A stretch of 64,000 nucleotides of DNA from the human T2T-CHM13v2.0 reference genome, Homo sapiens, in NCBI RefSeq assembly GCF_009914755.1, contig NC_060941.1, one strand, 5' to 3'. The translations under genes and the position numbers were made by a program. Below are positions 1 through 15,791 of the stretch, one piece after another. A model generated the notes under the pieces. The model saw only the letters and a list, made by a program, of their open reading frames with translations. It made no database searches and was not told the origin of the DNA. Each line of letters opens with the position of its first letter. The stretch's first letter is position 1.

Positions 1-942
1 CATGCTCCAGAGAACGCTGGGCCCAGTGCATCAGAGGCTCTACCAGGGAGACACTTTGCACATAATTACCTTGGCTAGTTATTTCTCTCATTCCTTTGTT
101 CATCCAATACATATACACATGCCAGGCAGCCAGAGTCTTGATAGCATCAAAATTTCAAGAGCAATACCCACAGTTATTGTGGATGGCTTTTGAATGGCAT
201 GGCTGATCTGGAAACTGACTTCAGTTGTGACATTGGTGAGGACCTCGTTAGAGATTTCTGAAACAATGGTCAAGTACTAATTGAAGAATGCCAGTAGTGA
301 GTGCCTTGGTGGGCCCCAGCCAGGGTATCTGGGGTAAGCAGGGATGGACCTATGGGTACAAATTCCCCAAATTTATGCATACTGGGATAGTTCACCAAGC
401 CTCAGATGGACAGAGGACAGATGCAAGTTAACTGCTACCTCAAGAGATTGGGGCTATGCAGAAGGTAACTTGTGTCTGTCCATCTGAGACAAAGCCTCAC
501 TTTCTTATATACCCAACAGAAGCCAACATCTAGGTGGATGTAAGTAGAAAAGTCCCAATTATATATACCCAAGAGGAATTGAACAGACCCCCTAGGTTAC
601 AGAGAGACACTTCCTCACTTGGGATAGAGAAGTAAAGACTTGAGTCGAGGTTCAATCATATATATGTCTGTATGTGAATGAATATGTTTATATAGTAAAT
701 GGAGGTTGTCGTTTCATTCCTGCCACCAATTAGCTCTGTGGCCATGAGTAAGCTGCTTCCTTTCCCTGGGTTTCAGCTTTCTCATTTAAAACATAAAAAA
801 AGCTGGGTCTGATAATCTCTAAGGTCCCTACCAGCTCTAATATTGTATTTGGATTCCAGATACTGACTGGAGATGATAAAATTATATGTCAACTTATAAT
901 TTGTGGTGTAAAAGATATAACATCGGACTTTCCTCTTCTTAG

Positions 943-1144
943 GAATTGTCGTGTGAAAATGACGCAACAAATGCAAAATTTACATCTCTGTCAGTCAAAA
1001 AAACATAGTGCTCCCTCATCTCCCAACGCAGCCAAACGCCTGTACAGGAACCTCTCTGAGAAACTGAAAGGGAGCCACTCTTCCTTCGATGAGGCCTATT
1101 TTAGGACAAGAACTGATCGGCTGAGTCTCAGGAAGACCTCGGTG
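943..1144 (+). CDS. ANKFN1: ANKFN1 internal coding exon (NCRVKMTQQ...LRKTSV), 202 nt
   Basis: Pyrimidine tract + AG (ttcctcttcttAG, 941-942); donor GTG|gtaaca. Peptide matches recalled human ANKFN1; ends in phase 0 and joins NFQGNEAM of the next exon. Confidence 0.93.
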
Positions 1145-3418
1145 GTAACAAAACTGTTTTTATTCTTGTGTCAGTTTGATTTATTCATTTATGTTTGGGT
1201 TTAAGGATATTCTAAGATGATTCATGTTTACTTCAGAAGTTGATGCTTGCAGTTTTATAAATGCTGGAATAGATTCAGGTAGGGTAGTAACTGTACATAT
1301 TTATGTTGTTAGACAAAGTCTGAGTGATTGTGAGCTGTTTCTCTTTCTTTTTGTTTCTTTTTCTTCTCTCTTAATTTTTATTTCACCACTACACCAAAAA
1401 ATAAATAAACCTCAAAAAAAAAAGCAGCTTGACAACTATGAAGTCTCAGGTTAAATGGGCTTTCTGAGAGTTCCAGTGTTCATTCAAATAATGATATTAT
1501 TACTTATTTCTGATGTATACCACACATTCTTTCCAAAGGCATTCAAAATAGAATCCAAAGAATGCACATGTATTATATGATAGACAAAGAGAGAGGAGGA
1601 AGGAAGGAAAGTAAGGGAAAAATATAAAAAAAAAACAACTAGGAAAAGAAAATATTGGGTATAAGAATAAAAATAGATATATCAAAAACTCTAGGCAAAT
1701 ATAGTACCTGTACCTGAAATTTATCATTACATTCATCTCTGACTTCCCAGAAAGTCAAAGCAGAAAAAGAAACACAATTGGTTATAGCATCCCATCTGTT
1801 GATAACTAAAAATGTCTCAGTCCATCAGGAGGAATGAATATTCACCTGTTGCTCAGTCCTCTGGACCTTGTAGATGTCATAGTGAGTTATGTAATAGAGA
1901 ATGGCGTAAATAGTGGAACTCATGATGTTACAGGTATTCTCATATAATAGTTTCTCAGAACAGCCCTCAGTAAAAGCTGAGAGCATAATATTAACATGCT
2001 CAGCAAGGGGATTTTTGCAGGGAGTAATGGCACCATTTGTTTGCTCTTAAAACAGAAATGAGTCCTAGCCTTTTCAGATAGAAGCATGCCAAAGTTTGCC
2101 AACAAAAGCTTGGAGGAGGAAATGACTTAAGAGTGAGAGTAAATACGGCACATGAGAAATTAGGAATACTAAGAGCCAAAAACAAATACACGACTGTGGA
2201 CAGGGTGGCACTTTAACTTTGAACTCGTTTGTTTTCTAATATGTTTTCGCATTTCAAACTCATCTTTTGGGAGGACTTGGCTGTGGTTAAATCGGGGCCT
2301 AAGCATCAGAGGCTCTTCAGTTTAGCAGATTGTGGATAAAACACTTTACCATTCAGCAGATTGTCTTGTAGCAAAGAAAACTGCATACCAAAATAGCTTT
2401 ATTCCCTGGGTCCCCATTGTCAAAACAAGCATTTGCATAATAGCTTTGTATTTTCCTCAAATTTCAATTTTGTGTTATGTACTCAGCTAAAGCTGACCTG
2501 CAGCCTTTGATAGGGAGAATTGATTTTTAATGAGACTAAAAATAAAACCTGACCACCTGAACATTTGGTCACTGGAGATCTTCCACATGTTAATCAGGTG
2601 ACCCCTATGCAGGTTAAAACCAGTGGTATTCCAACTCTTTTAAAGACCAAGCAACTCTTGGTGAAGATACCAGATAGATGTGTAAATAATACGTGTGTTG
2701 GTCTTTTCCCATGTGCTAAGAAATATGTACCTAAAAGAATTCCGGAGTTCTTCTCTTTTATTTACTATTAATCCTTGGAAAGAACTTTTCAAAGGAACCA
2801 TATTTTCTTAAGCTATTTTTTTCTACAAGTGAAGTGTATTCTATAAATATTCAACTCTGGTCCCATGAGGCCCAAAACCAATTTGCCATCCAGCCATTGA
2901 AACCCTCCCTGAACACTACCACTTGGACTCCTCATCTCAGGGCTCAGAAACTATCAACCCACAGGAGCTAGTAGATATTTGGAAATAAGGAAGTAACATG
3001 TAACATGTATATTTTAGGAAGATTATTCTTGTATCAGTATAGAGTGAGAGCTGGGGGAGACCAAGACTAGCAGCAGACAGGTCATTGCCATGGTCCAGAC
3101 ATGAGATGACAATGTAGAGGCTGGGGATGGAGAGGGAGGGGTGAGTTTGAGGAAAAACAGAGAAAGTGTACTCTCAATTCCAAGCTAGCCATAACTGCTA
3201 CCTGTGCTAACATTACCTATGCCAGCATTTCTCAAACTGTATTCTGTAGAACACTATTCCAGGAGTAGTCAAAGCAAATGCAATAAAATACATGTTAAAA
3301 TTATTAAAGACCCTGAGGAAGCCTACAGGGAAGTAATGGGGTACACTTGGTTTAATCTAATGTTTATCAAATTGATTTGACCACATGCTATTTTCTTCAT
3401 AGAACATCTCTTAATTAC

Positions 3419-3714
3419 TTTTTTTTTTTTTTTAAGAGCGTCTCTCTCCGTTGTGCAGGCTGGAGTTCAGTGGCGCAATCTCAGCTGACTGCAACCTCTG
3501 CCCCCTGGGCAGGAGGTGATCCTCCTGCCTCAACCTCCAGAGTAGCTGGGATTACAGGCACCCAACACCACACTCGGCTAATTTTTATATTTTTTGTAGA
3601 GATGGGGTTTCACTATGTTGGCTAGGCTGGTTTCAAACTCCTCGCCTCAAGTGATCTGCCCACCTTGGCCTCCCAAAATTCTGGGGTTACAGGTGTGAGC
3701 CACCATGCCCAGCC
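3419..3714 (-). mobile_element. Alu (AluJ-like)
   Basis: T tract followed by a diverged reverse Alu dimer ending gccaccatgcccagcc. Confidence 0.9.
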
Positions 3715-4013
3715 AAATGAACTATTAGAGTATTTTTCAGAAGACTGGTTTGAGAAAAGCTGAGGTTTGCTCTTACCTACAGCCCAGCCAGGCTATCCTG
3801 TATTCTCTCAGTGCACTTATTCAATGTCCATTAGAAATGACGGAGGGGAAGCCTAACAGAGTGTTTACTTTGGAGACCTTGGGATAAATTGTAGTTATTC
3901 CACTTATAAGTGGACATGCAGTCCCTGAAACAGTCTTTAAACTTCAAAAGAGCTAAGCTACAAAGACACACTGGTTTAAGAAATTGTGCTGATCTACTTT
4001 TGCTCCTCTCTAG

Positions 4014-4224
4014 AATTTCCAGGGCAATGAAGCCATGTTTGAGGCAGTCGAACAGCAGGACATGGATGCTGTGCAGATCCTCCTGTATCAGTACACACCA
4101 GAAGAACTTGACCTCAACACACCTAACAGCGAGGGCTTGACACCCCTGGATATTGCCATCATGACCAACAATGTGCCCATTGCAAGGATTCTTCTGAGGA
4201 CAGGGGCCCGAGAAAGTCCACACT
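4014..4224 (+). CDS. ANKFN1: ANKFN1 coding exon with ankyrin repeats (NFQGNEAMFEAVEQQD...GLTPLDIAIMTNNVPIARILLRTGARESPH), 211 nt
   Basis: Acceptor tttgctcctctctAG (4012-4013); donor CACT|gtaagt; ankyrin consensus G-x-TPL-x-x-A...N...ILL..GA. Confidence 0.95.
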
Positions 4225-4589
4225 GTAAGTAACCTGAGAATAAACACATGTACTATTAAAGCCAGATTCCAGCCTTATGCCACCAAAATAGCCATTGCTG
4301 ACTTTCAGAGCAGGAATGGTTGACTAAGCATAGACTCTGATAGGCTTTGGATGTTTTCATGGGCTTTCATGCAAATAGTGACAGCATTTATTGGTCTAAG
4401 CATCAAGTTCCTTTCTAAATAGAATATGCCGAATGGCATTAAAAAGGAACCCCCAAAGAACTTCTAAGAATTTTATTGCAAGCTTTAAAATATGTGAGAT
4501 ACTCCAAGTGAGGATATAGAATAGGAGATATATATAGAAGAATGAGCATTTGCGTGTTTCTGTTTTGTATCCACAGTCAATGCGGTGGC

Positions 4590-5900
4590 TTCATTCATTC
4601 ATTCATTCATTCATTCAATAAACACTGAGTGTGGGACACTGTTCTAGGTGCTAGGAATGTAACAGTGAACAAGACAAAAGTCCCTATTCTCATAGAAATT
4701 ACATGCTTGTTGGGAATACTTCCAATAAGCAAGTAAATAGATAAAATACAAACTCAAAATAGTGATAAACGCTGTGAAGAAAATAAAATGGATGAGTGGC
4801 TGTAGATTGATAGGGAAGGGACTATTTTAAATAGGGTTGATACCCATTGACCAATCTCTCACAATCCCCACCCCTCAGTCTTCGGTAAACACTGTAATTT
4901 CTGCTTCTATGATATCAACTTTTTAAAAAAATTCCACATGTAAGTGAGATCACGCCATGTTTATCTTTCTTTGCTTGGCTTATACAACATTTTCTTTATC
5001 TATTCATCTATTGACAGACACTTAAGTTGATTCTACACCTTAGCTATTGTGAATAGTGCCATAATAAACATGGGGAAGCATATATTTCTTCAACATACTG
5101 ATTTTATTTCCCTTGGATATATACCCAGTAGTGGGATTGCTGCATCATATGGTAGTTCTATTTTTAATTTTGACAATTAGGTAGGAGGAATGTCTGGTGT
5201 TTACTGTACAGTAGGGTGATGTTGGAATGGTTAACAGTTAGGTATTGTATATTACAAAGTAGCTAGAAGAGAGGCTTTTGAATGTTCTCACCACAAAGAA
5301 ATGATAAATGCATGAGGTGATGGATACACTAAATACCCTAATTTAATGATTATACAACATATATGTATATGAAAACATCCAGTTGTACCCCATAAATATG
5401 GGCAGTTACAATATGTCAATTAAAAAATGAATACATAAATAGGGTTGGGCAAGAAAAGCCTCTCTGATGTGGTGATATTTGAGTTGAATTCTAGAAGATA
5501 TGAAGGAATGAACTATGAGAAGATGTGGGGGTCAAATTCTCGGCAGAGTGAATGGCAAATAGAAAGATGCTGAGGCAGGCATGAATAAGACTGACATACT
5601 GGAGGAACAAAAAAAGTCAGTGGGTCCAAAGCAAAGTAGCAAGAGGGAGAATGATGATTGAGAGAGAAGTCACAGGGACCAGATTATGCAGGACCCTGAG
5701 ACCATGGTCAGTGTTCAACTTTAATTGTGGAGTACGATGGGAAGGCAGTGGAGCAATTTAGGAAGGTAAATGACATATTCTGATTTACATTAGAAGATCA
5801 CCACAGTGCTCTATGGAAAAGAGACAGTGGTGAGGTAATTGTGAAATTGAGAAGACCAGTTACAAGGTCATTTTAGTGGTGCAGGAGACAGACTGGATGC
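4590..5900 (-). mobile_element. Old L2 fragments with (CATT)n tail, split by an L1MA
   Basis: (CATT)n at ~4591-4617 followed by typical L2 3' motifs; similar sequence resumes after 5447. Boundaries approximate. Confidence 0.55.
4840..5435 (+). mobile_element. L1MA-type 3' fragment with 5' inversion (4840-~5172 minus; ~5173-5435 plus)
   Basis: 12-bp TSD taaatagggttg at 4828-4839 and 5436-5447; L1 3'UTR motifs in both orientations. Confidence 0.75.
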
Positions 5901-5949
5901 TTGGACTAACATCACAGTGATGTTGAGTAGTGTCAGAATTCTGGATATA

Positions 5950-6250
5950 TTTTTAACAGCTTTATTGAGATACAATTCACATACCATAAAATTTACCCTT
6001 TTGAAGTATACAATTCAGTGGTTTTTAGCATATGCACAGAGTTGTGCAGCCATCACCACCATCAATTTTAGAGCTTCATTGCCCTGAAAAGAAACATCAT
6101 ACCATTGACTATTATCACTCCCCAATCTCCCCAACTCTTCTCAGCTCTTGACAACCATGAACCTACCTTCTGTTTCTATAGATTTGCCTGTTCTAGACAT
6201 TTCATGTAACAGAATTATATAATATATGGTCTTCTGTGACTGGCTTCTTT
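5950..6250 (-). mobile_element. L1MB-type 3' end
   Basis: acagctttattgagatacaattcacataccataaaatttacc... is a typical reverse L1MB 3' terminus. Confidence 0.7.
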
Positions 6251-9200
6251 CTGGATGTGTTTTGAAGTAGAGCTGATAGTACTTGGGGAAGAAAGTTGCA
6301 CTGGGGCTAATGGCAGACCCCACCCAGGAGTGGGTGGGATAATATCATGCAGCACTCACCCTGTGCCAGGCACTTTTCTGAGCACTTTCCATGTATTGAC
6401 TCCTTTAATCCTCACAGCAACATTATGAAGTAGGCACTCACATTCCCCTTAGTGAAAACTCTCTGACCCATTGACCACAATGGCTGTGAGCCACTGTTTT
6501 TATGTTTCCTAAAAGAAAAAAGTAAACTCATCAAACTGTTAGTTTCACTAATACTGATTCACTTACCTCCAAGTGGTGAGACCCAGAAGGCTGAAAGAGA
6601 AGCAAGCAAATATATAATTAGAGGTCACATCTCTGCTCCTAAATTTCGTAAATCGCCACCACCCAAAGACTAGGTACAGAAGCAGATCCTTGTATCAGAA
6701 AATTTCTTACTATAAAAATGCTAAGCTTACCATATCCATGTCAGAGACAGTGAAGATTTGGATTCAGTAGGATTTGAGCTCTTCAAAAGAGCTCTATAGT
6801 CAAAGTGCTGCCCCTTTTTAGTGGAACTGGAGGATTTGGAAGGATGATAAATGAGGATGGAAGAAATTGAAATGGCATCTTTGCTGCCTTCCGGTTTATT
6901 CTGCAACAACGTCTGTCCCAAAGATCCAGTGACAGAAGGGTGGAGAGAGAATCAGAGGGTCTGAACATGGAGAATGCAGACTGAGCCCCATTCTACAGGA
7001 ACAAGGAGACCATTCATCCAGATGTTGCCATGGCCATCCTGCACTGGGCTGGATGAAACATTAGTCCTACTCACTTACCTGCGACACTACAAAAAACTCT
7101 GCATTTTCTGTGAAAACAGTAAGACTCCCTACCTCCCAAAGCCCCCTGTGCATAATTAAACCTCTGTAAAAGAACTCAAGTACTAAATATCTAGTTAAAC
7201 CAAAAGCAAATTTGTTCAAGAGATCCCTGGTTTTCCTCCTCATTCTCTCTGGGATGATAGCCATGTTACCATCACAAAGTTGTAAAGGACAAATGGTGGG
7301 AGATAAACCCAGGTTTCAGCCTCCAGGAAACATGACACCTAAGTCACCTTGGCTACCTAAGAAGGCAAAGAGATACGACCACATATAGACTTACATGTGT
7401 AAAAATGGCAATGCAATATTGGTTGTGTACCTATGAAGTCTCCACATACAACATCTCTGGTTTTCACACTAACCCTACAGGATAAAGTTATTAACTCCAT
7501 TTTAAGAGGAGGAACTTGTGATTCTGAGAAGTTAACTGACTGGCCCAAGGTCACACATCCAGGAAATGAATAAGGATGCCAGGGACTCAGGCCCGGATCT
7601 GTAGGATGCCAACACCTGGAATCTTTCCACACAAACTCACTGCCTTTCCACATAACCAATATGGAGGGCCGTGGCCTCTGGGCCCCTGCATCTCTCCCTT
7701 TCTACTGTTTGCTAAAGTCATATGATGTATTTCTTTGTTCTGTTCTGCGCACTAAGGTGTCAGTCGTGTTGGAGAGAGGCAGGATAGAAAAACATAGTGT
7801 TTTCAGGCATTTTTAATTCACTTTATATATCAAGTACAAAAGAAGCAGAATGCTTCTGTACGTGAGTTTGAGCAGGCCCAAGAGGAAAACCAGTCTGCCA
7901 GCCAGAACCAGATAAGCAAACACCTGCCGTAAACTGTTCCCCAGAAGCTAAAGAGGCAGGATATATAAGAGAGGAAAATTAATGATGAGGTCTGAAGTTC
8001 TTAGAGTGTTTTACACCTACAAAAATGGTTTTGTCTACATCATCTCCCTTGATCCTCACAACTGGCTTGTGAGGGAGACGTTGTTTTCTTCATCTTTATC
8101 AATAAAGAAATCGGAATTTTAAAGGTCAAATAGTTATCCCAACACAACAAAGTTAATAGGTGGTGCAGTCAGGATTTGAACCCAGATCTGTATTAATTGC
8201 CTTGGTGTTTGTGAGAAAGCTTTGGCATGCTCACTGTTACACATTAGATGCTCAATTCCTCCCTATTTTGGCTCTCCATCTGCTCCTCTTCTAATGACAG
8301 TTACATATTTCAAAGCAGAGTGCAGACTCCAGGGTTTCTAACAAGGTTAATTTTCTTTCCTCTCTTTCTCTGTGTATTCTCTTCTGAAAACTAGCTCAGT
8401 ATTCTTTTCACTATGCCAACCAAGTATCCTCACACAATTCAGAAGAACATCCTCTGTAGTTTTCTCCATTTCTTAACAGGAATCACCGTGACACACAGGG
8501 TTTAGGGACTTAACTAACTCCCAAACCATTGGTCAGGCCTGTCTTCTATCTTGAACCCCTCGATGCCAGAGCCACATGGATGTGTTCTTTATAGGCATAG
8601 CTTGAAACTCAACCATCTGTGTTTCCTTACTCATAGAAAAATCCCAGAAGCAGCCATCTAAACTTGTACACTGCTCTCAAGTTAAATATATACAGAACCC
8701 CAGCCTACTCATTAGACGAATCTACTATCTTTATTCAATGACTTTTTTCTGTTCCTCCTACCTTTTTGCAAACAGCACAAAATAATATTCTTTCCTTGCA
8801 GAAAAACAATCAGCCATTATTGAAGTAGAGTCCCAAGTACTTTCTTGCAGACTGATGTGCTGAGCTTAGGAAAACAACCACTGAATCTGAAAGGACTGCA
8901 ACTAGGAAAGCCAATGTATAGAGGCACCACAGGACACCCATGGGTATGCCATGGACTGTTTCATACACTTAGGATCCCAGTCGCTATGACTCATGTTCAA
9001 TTGAACAACTGCTATCAAAGAAAGACTTGTTGTCTCTGTATATAAAAGCCCCCAGTCATAAACCCCTCCCTTTTTCTGACTAACTCGTATTCTGCCCCCA
9101 CCCTCAAACCAACAGCCTCCAGGAGGAGTTTGCTGAATCATCGATGGGAGTCTTGCCTTTCTGAGATGGCCATTAAGACCCCATAGATAGTAATCATAAA

Positions 9201-9989
9201 GAAACCAGCTCTTTTGCCTATTGTGTACAAATCTGGTCACTCACAGAGATTTTATTTCATTCTTTGACTCCAGTACCTAGTACATAGTAGATGCTCAGAA
9301 AATTACAGTTGAAATTTTAGCCTTTGTGACAGCCTTGTCTTATGCTACTGGGAGTCACAGATGTCAAGTCTTAGTGTGCACATACACAGTCACTATGTGT
9401 ATCATCGACACAGACACACACACATGCATACACAGAATGTAGGGAAAAAAACCTTCAAGTCTTCTAGTAACTTAAACTTTGGGGCACCTTTTGTTGTTAA
9501 TAATGCTGTTATTGTTTTCCAGACATTGTTACAGAATTTGGTTGTAGATGTAGCCTAGTTGTTTTTATTTTTACACTATTTAATTACACAGACCAGTAAG
9601 AATGGTGGAATACCTCTCTGTTTCAGTCTTTCTGCCCTTTCCCTTAGCTACATTCTCCTTCTCTCTAGTCCCTCTCCTCTCCCTCTGCATTTCTTGGTGA
9701 ATGCCTCCCTCTAACTTTCTCTCAGATGCTGCCTGTGGAACTAGAAAGTGTCACTCAGAATTTGTTATGTCCAGTTACTTCATAAAATGCAATTACAGAA
9801 TTGCTGTCATTTGAGTATGGTGCAGACACCAGTGTTACAATTTTGGCAGTCTTGTCAGGATGCACCACTCATTTCTGCAGTAGTAAGGGGTTCGTGTTTG
9901 TGCTGGGACTGGTCAGGGCATGTCTAAGAGGTGTGACTATAAACTAATGAGGCTGGTTTTATGTAAACAAACACACTAGAAAGTCTACA

Positions 9990-10290
9990 ATCCAAGCGAA
10001 TGTTACCCTTCCACATGGTCCTCCTGGGAGACCCCACACTTGCTCCAACAGTGCTGCCATTGCTCTGAACACTTTGGAATTGTCCTCAGAGTCAGTTTAT
10101 GAGAAAATCTGACTCGTTGCTGAGAGTCACACCTGATTTTTGTTCCAAAACAGCATTGCCTAGCGTCATCACCCTCTGTGTTCACCAGACTTGGCTTCAA
10201 ATTATTTAGAGAGATTTCCTGAAATCAAATCCACCCTCAAAGGACAAAGATTTGCAGCCAATAAGAATATGTAAAGAACAAGCCTTAGAC
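9990..10290 (+). mobile_element. Mariner relic (MARNA-like)
   Basis: caccctctgtgttcaccagacttggcttca encodes HPLCSPDLAS, a decayed mariner PPYSPDLAP motif, followed by ...IKSTLKGQRF. Confidence 0.6.
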
Positions 10291-10974
10291 AGGTCTCTAT
10301 AATGAGCCCTCAATATTTTTTTCTGCTTCACTAAAATAGGGGTATAGATCTTCACCCTAACTTACAAATCTGTTCTTATACTGTGCACTCCTCACCCACA
10401 CCACCCTCCATTCTGTTCCTGTAACATGCCAGGCTATCTTACCATAGGGCCTTTGTACTGGCTATTCCATCTACTTGGAATGCTCGAGTGCTTTTAATCT
10501 TGTTCATTACATGGCCAAATCCTTCTTAACATTCACATTTCAGCTTAAATGTGACATCTTCAAGAGAGGCTTTCTCTGGCCACCAAGTCCAAAGTCTAAA
10601 ATGACATTTTCTCATCACATCACTCTCTTGTCATTTTGTGCATAGCACTGACAATTTTTCTCAATGTTTTTATTTGCTTATTTTCATCTCCTCTGCAATA
10701 GAACATAAATTCCAAAGGACAGCACCTCTCTCATTTATTACTGAGTCCCCAGCAAACAGTAGACACTCAACTGAATTTAATTGAATCAATCCCAAGCCTA
10801 TTTCTTTTGAGGGGTGTCAATATATTATCCCTTATGAAAAGAATGATTTTAGTTAGTATTGGGCTCATTGATCTTTTTTATGTTTTCAAATAATTATTTA
10901 AACATCAGATGGCCAAAACCTAAGTTCATGTCACCTATTCTTTGAGTTGATAGTTGCATTTTTCTGGTTTTTTG

Positions 10975-11330
10975 CTTTAAAATATTTAATTGACAAGACT
11001 GTATATATTCAAGGTATATAATGTGATGACTTGATATATGTGTTGTGTAAAGATTATCATAATCAAACTAATTCACAGATCCATCACAACCCATGCTCCA
11101 CATTAGATCCCCAGATCTTGTTCATCTTCTAGTTGAAAATTTGTACCCTTTGATCAATATCTCCCTATTTTCCCCACCCCTAGCCCATAGCAACCACTAT
11201 TCTACTCTCTGTTTCTGTGTGTTTGACTTTTTAAATTTCCAGATTTAAGTGAGATCATCCATTATCTCTTTCTGTGTGTGGCTTTTTTTACTTAGAATAA
11301 CGTCCTCCAGGTTCATCCATGTTGTTTTAT
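10975..11330 (-). mobile_element. L1MA-type 3' end
   Basis: Reverse L1 3'UTR motifs (tttaattgacaa..., caaccactattctactctctg, ccaggttcatccatgttg). Confidence 0.7.
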
Positions 11331-11761
11331 AGCCATCTTTTTTTTCTTTTTAAAAAAATTTTAAATATACATGCAACATAGAATATCTTCTCCTTGTCAG
11401 AAATGAAAAGATTATAGATAAAGTTAAAAGGTATCTTTGATAGCCCACCCAACTAATCCCCACGTGCACACACAATCTAGGTTCCCATCCCCCAAAACCC
11501 AAAATATATCCATTGTTATCAGTTTAGAGGGTATGCAGACTTTTCCCCATGAGTTTTAACATAAACATAAAAACAATAGATTTGTTTGGGGAGCAGCTTT
11601 TAAATTAAACCCTTAGAAAAGGCTAAAAATTAAATTTCTGGAGTCAGAGAGCTCTGGCTTCAAATCCCACATCTGACCTTTGGTAGCTGTGGGAAAATTC
11701 CTTACCCTCTCTGTGGCCCCATTTCTTCATTTGTAAAATGGATATAATAATTGTACTTAAC

Positions 11762-12265
11762 TTGTATTATTATATATTGCTGTGTAATAATTACCCCCAA
11801 ACAGCAACTAAAAATAGTAAATGTTTGTCTCATGTGAGTCTGAGTTGGGAATGGCTTTAGCTGGTTGGTTATGGCTCAGTCATAATCTCATGTGACTCCA
11901 TGAGATTGCTGTCATTTTAAGGCTTGATTGAGCTAGAGGACCCCACTTCCGAGCTTACTCATAGTGGCTACTGGCATGAGCCCCACATTTCTTGCTATAT
12001 GGGTCTCTCCATATGGCTACTCTATGACATGGCAGTTGGCTTCCCCCAGAGAAAATGATCTGAGAAAGAGAGAAAGAGAGACCAGCCAAGGTGGAAGCAA
12101 CAGTGACATGTATAACCTAATCTCAGAAGTGACATAGTGTCATTTCTGCAGAATTCTGCTGATCTCACAGAACAACCCTGGTTGTTCAGTGTAGGAGAAT
12201 ACTATACAAGGGTGTGAATGCAAGCAGACATAGGTCACTGCAGGCCCTCCTGGAGGCTGGCTACC
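11762..12265. mobile_element. MaLR (MLT1-type) LTR
   Basis: tgtatta...tatattgctgtgtaataattacccccaaa start and ggaggctggctacc end resemble MLT1 termini. Confidence 0.55.
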
Positions 12266-12575
12266 TTATTACCCATATAAGATTATTGAGAATTAAGTGG
12301 AATAATACCATTAAAACATTTATCACATTACCTGGCCAATTGTAATTGATTTCTAAAAATTGTTAGCCAACATAACTCTCAAAAACAAAATAAAATGACC
12401 CAAGAGTTTCTGGTAAAGAATTTAAATATTTTACCCATTAGTTATATAGTTTGTATTCCAAAACACTTCCTATGAAGCACTTTTTAAAATTTGTATAATT
12501 TTTATGTTCTAAAACTACACTGTCCAACACAGAATCCACTAGCCACATATGACTATCAAACATTTGAAATATATC

Positions 12576-14420
<1,845 letters not shown>

Positions 14421-15791
14421 GAAATGTGTCTAGTGCAAATGAATAAGTGTTCTAAGTGTAAAATTACATTGATTTCAAAGTCTTAGTACCAAAAATAACA
14501 TAAAATATAAAATTAATAAATTGTATATTGATTGCATGATGAAATGGTAGCATTTTGGATATATCAAGTTAAGTAAAATATATTATTAAAATTAATGCAA
14601 CCTATTTCTTTTTGCTTTCTTATTGTCATTACTAGGAAATTTTAAATGATGTGGCTCACACTATATGTCTATGAACAGCACTGAAAATATTGGCAGAAAA
14701 CATGGTTATCTTGTTTCATTACTTAAACCTCTTATGATGCCATGGGGCAATTTCCTTTGAATTTCCTAAATAATCCACTCAAGTGGCTTGCATGTTGTGC
14801 TTTTAGAGAAGATGTCCATTTTCCCCTTTGAGTTTGATGAGTTCCAAAAGTTCCTTTCTGTGTCATTTGTTCTGGCTTCTTAAGAAATCACCAGTTACAA
14901 TCTAAGTTATATAAGGACTTTGTGAGTCAACATCCTCCTGGAAAGTTGCAGAGAACACTTCAGAGCCCCATGTCTGGGTGTAATAAGTTATAGGAGAAGA
15001 AAGTTTCACAGTCATTAAAATGAAACATTTAATCTCCAGATCTCTAAAACCTTTTTGGAACCACATCTCAATGTCCTTGGGAAAATCTGAAAATGTAATA
15101 ACAGCTTGAGACCTAAGTGAAGCCAAAATGAGTCTTGCGTCCTGAATCTTAAGATGGATAAATTGGAACTATGTTTTGTGTTTCTCTGGTATAAGAGTTT
15201 TTGAATTAAAAGTATTTAATTTTTAGAATTCCCCTACATTACTTTGCCATTCCTACCTTAAAACAAGTCAGTGGTGAAGTTGTTAGAAGGTTGTCGCTTA
15301 TAATCAGCAAAAATAAATTTTATTAACTGCCCAGAGTATATTTGTTACAATGCAATGTTCAAATCTAAGTGACCTTGTTTTCTGCCTTGAAATAGCAGAT
15401 GGGGTTGAAATTGATATCACTTGCTAGTGTATATTTCTGAACAGTAGCTAGGATGGAAAAATTTTATTTGAGGCAAGAGGGGTTTTTGATGGAAGAACAT
15501 AGAGTTATTTTATAAAACAAGTATTTTGATTTATTTTGTGTGCTTCTAAAAGTATAAGATCAATGGATGTAATAATAATAAGCAACCCTCCACTGAGAGT
15601 CTTCTATGTAAAGATTATCATTAATTTGTTACAAGTTATAAGACAAGTGTTGTTACAATGCCAGTTTTACAAATGAGAAATTTGGGCTCAATATAGCAGA
15701 GTAACTAGTTAGGATCACCCATATGTAAGGGCAGCGCTTGAGCTATAGAACCCCAAAGCCCTTTTACCACGTTGCTTGCAGTTTGGAAGTA

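Noticed and set aside
3831-4247. 138-aa antisense ORF
   Set aside because: Shadow of the ANKFN1 ankyrin exon; no recognisable domain.
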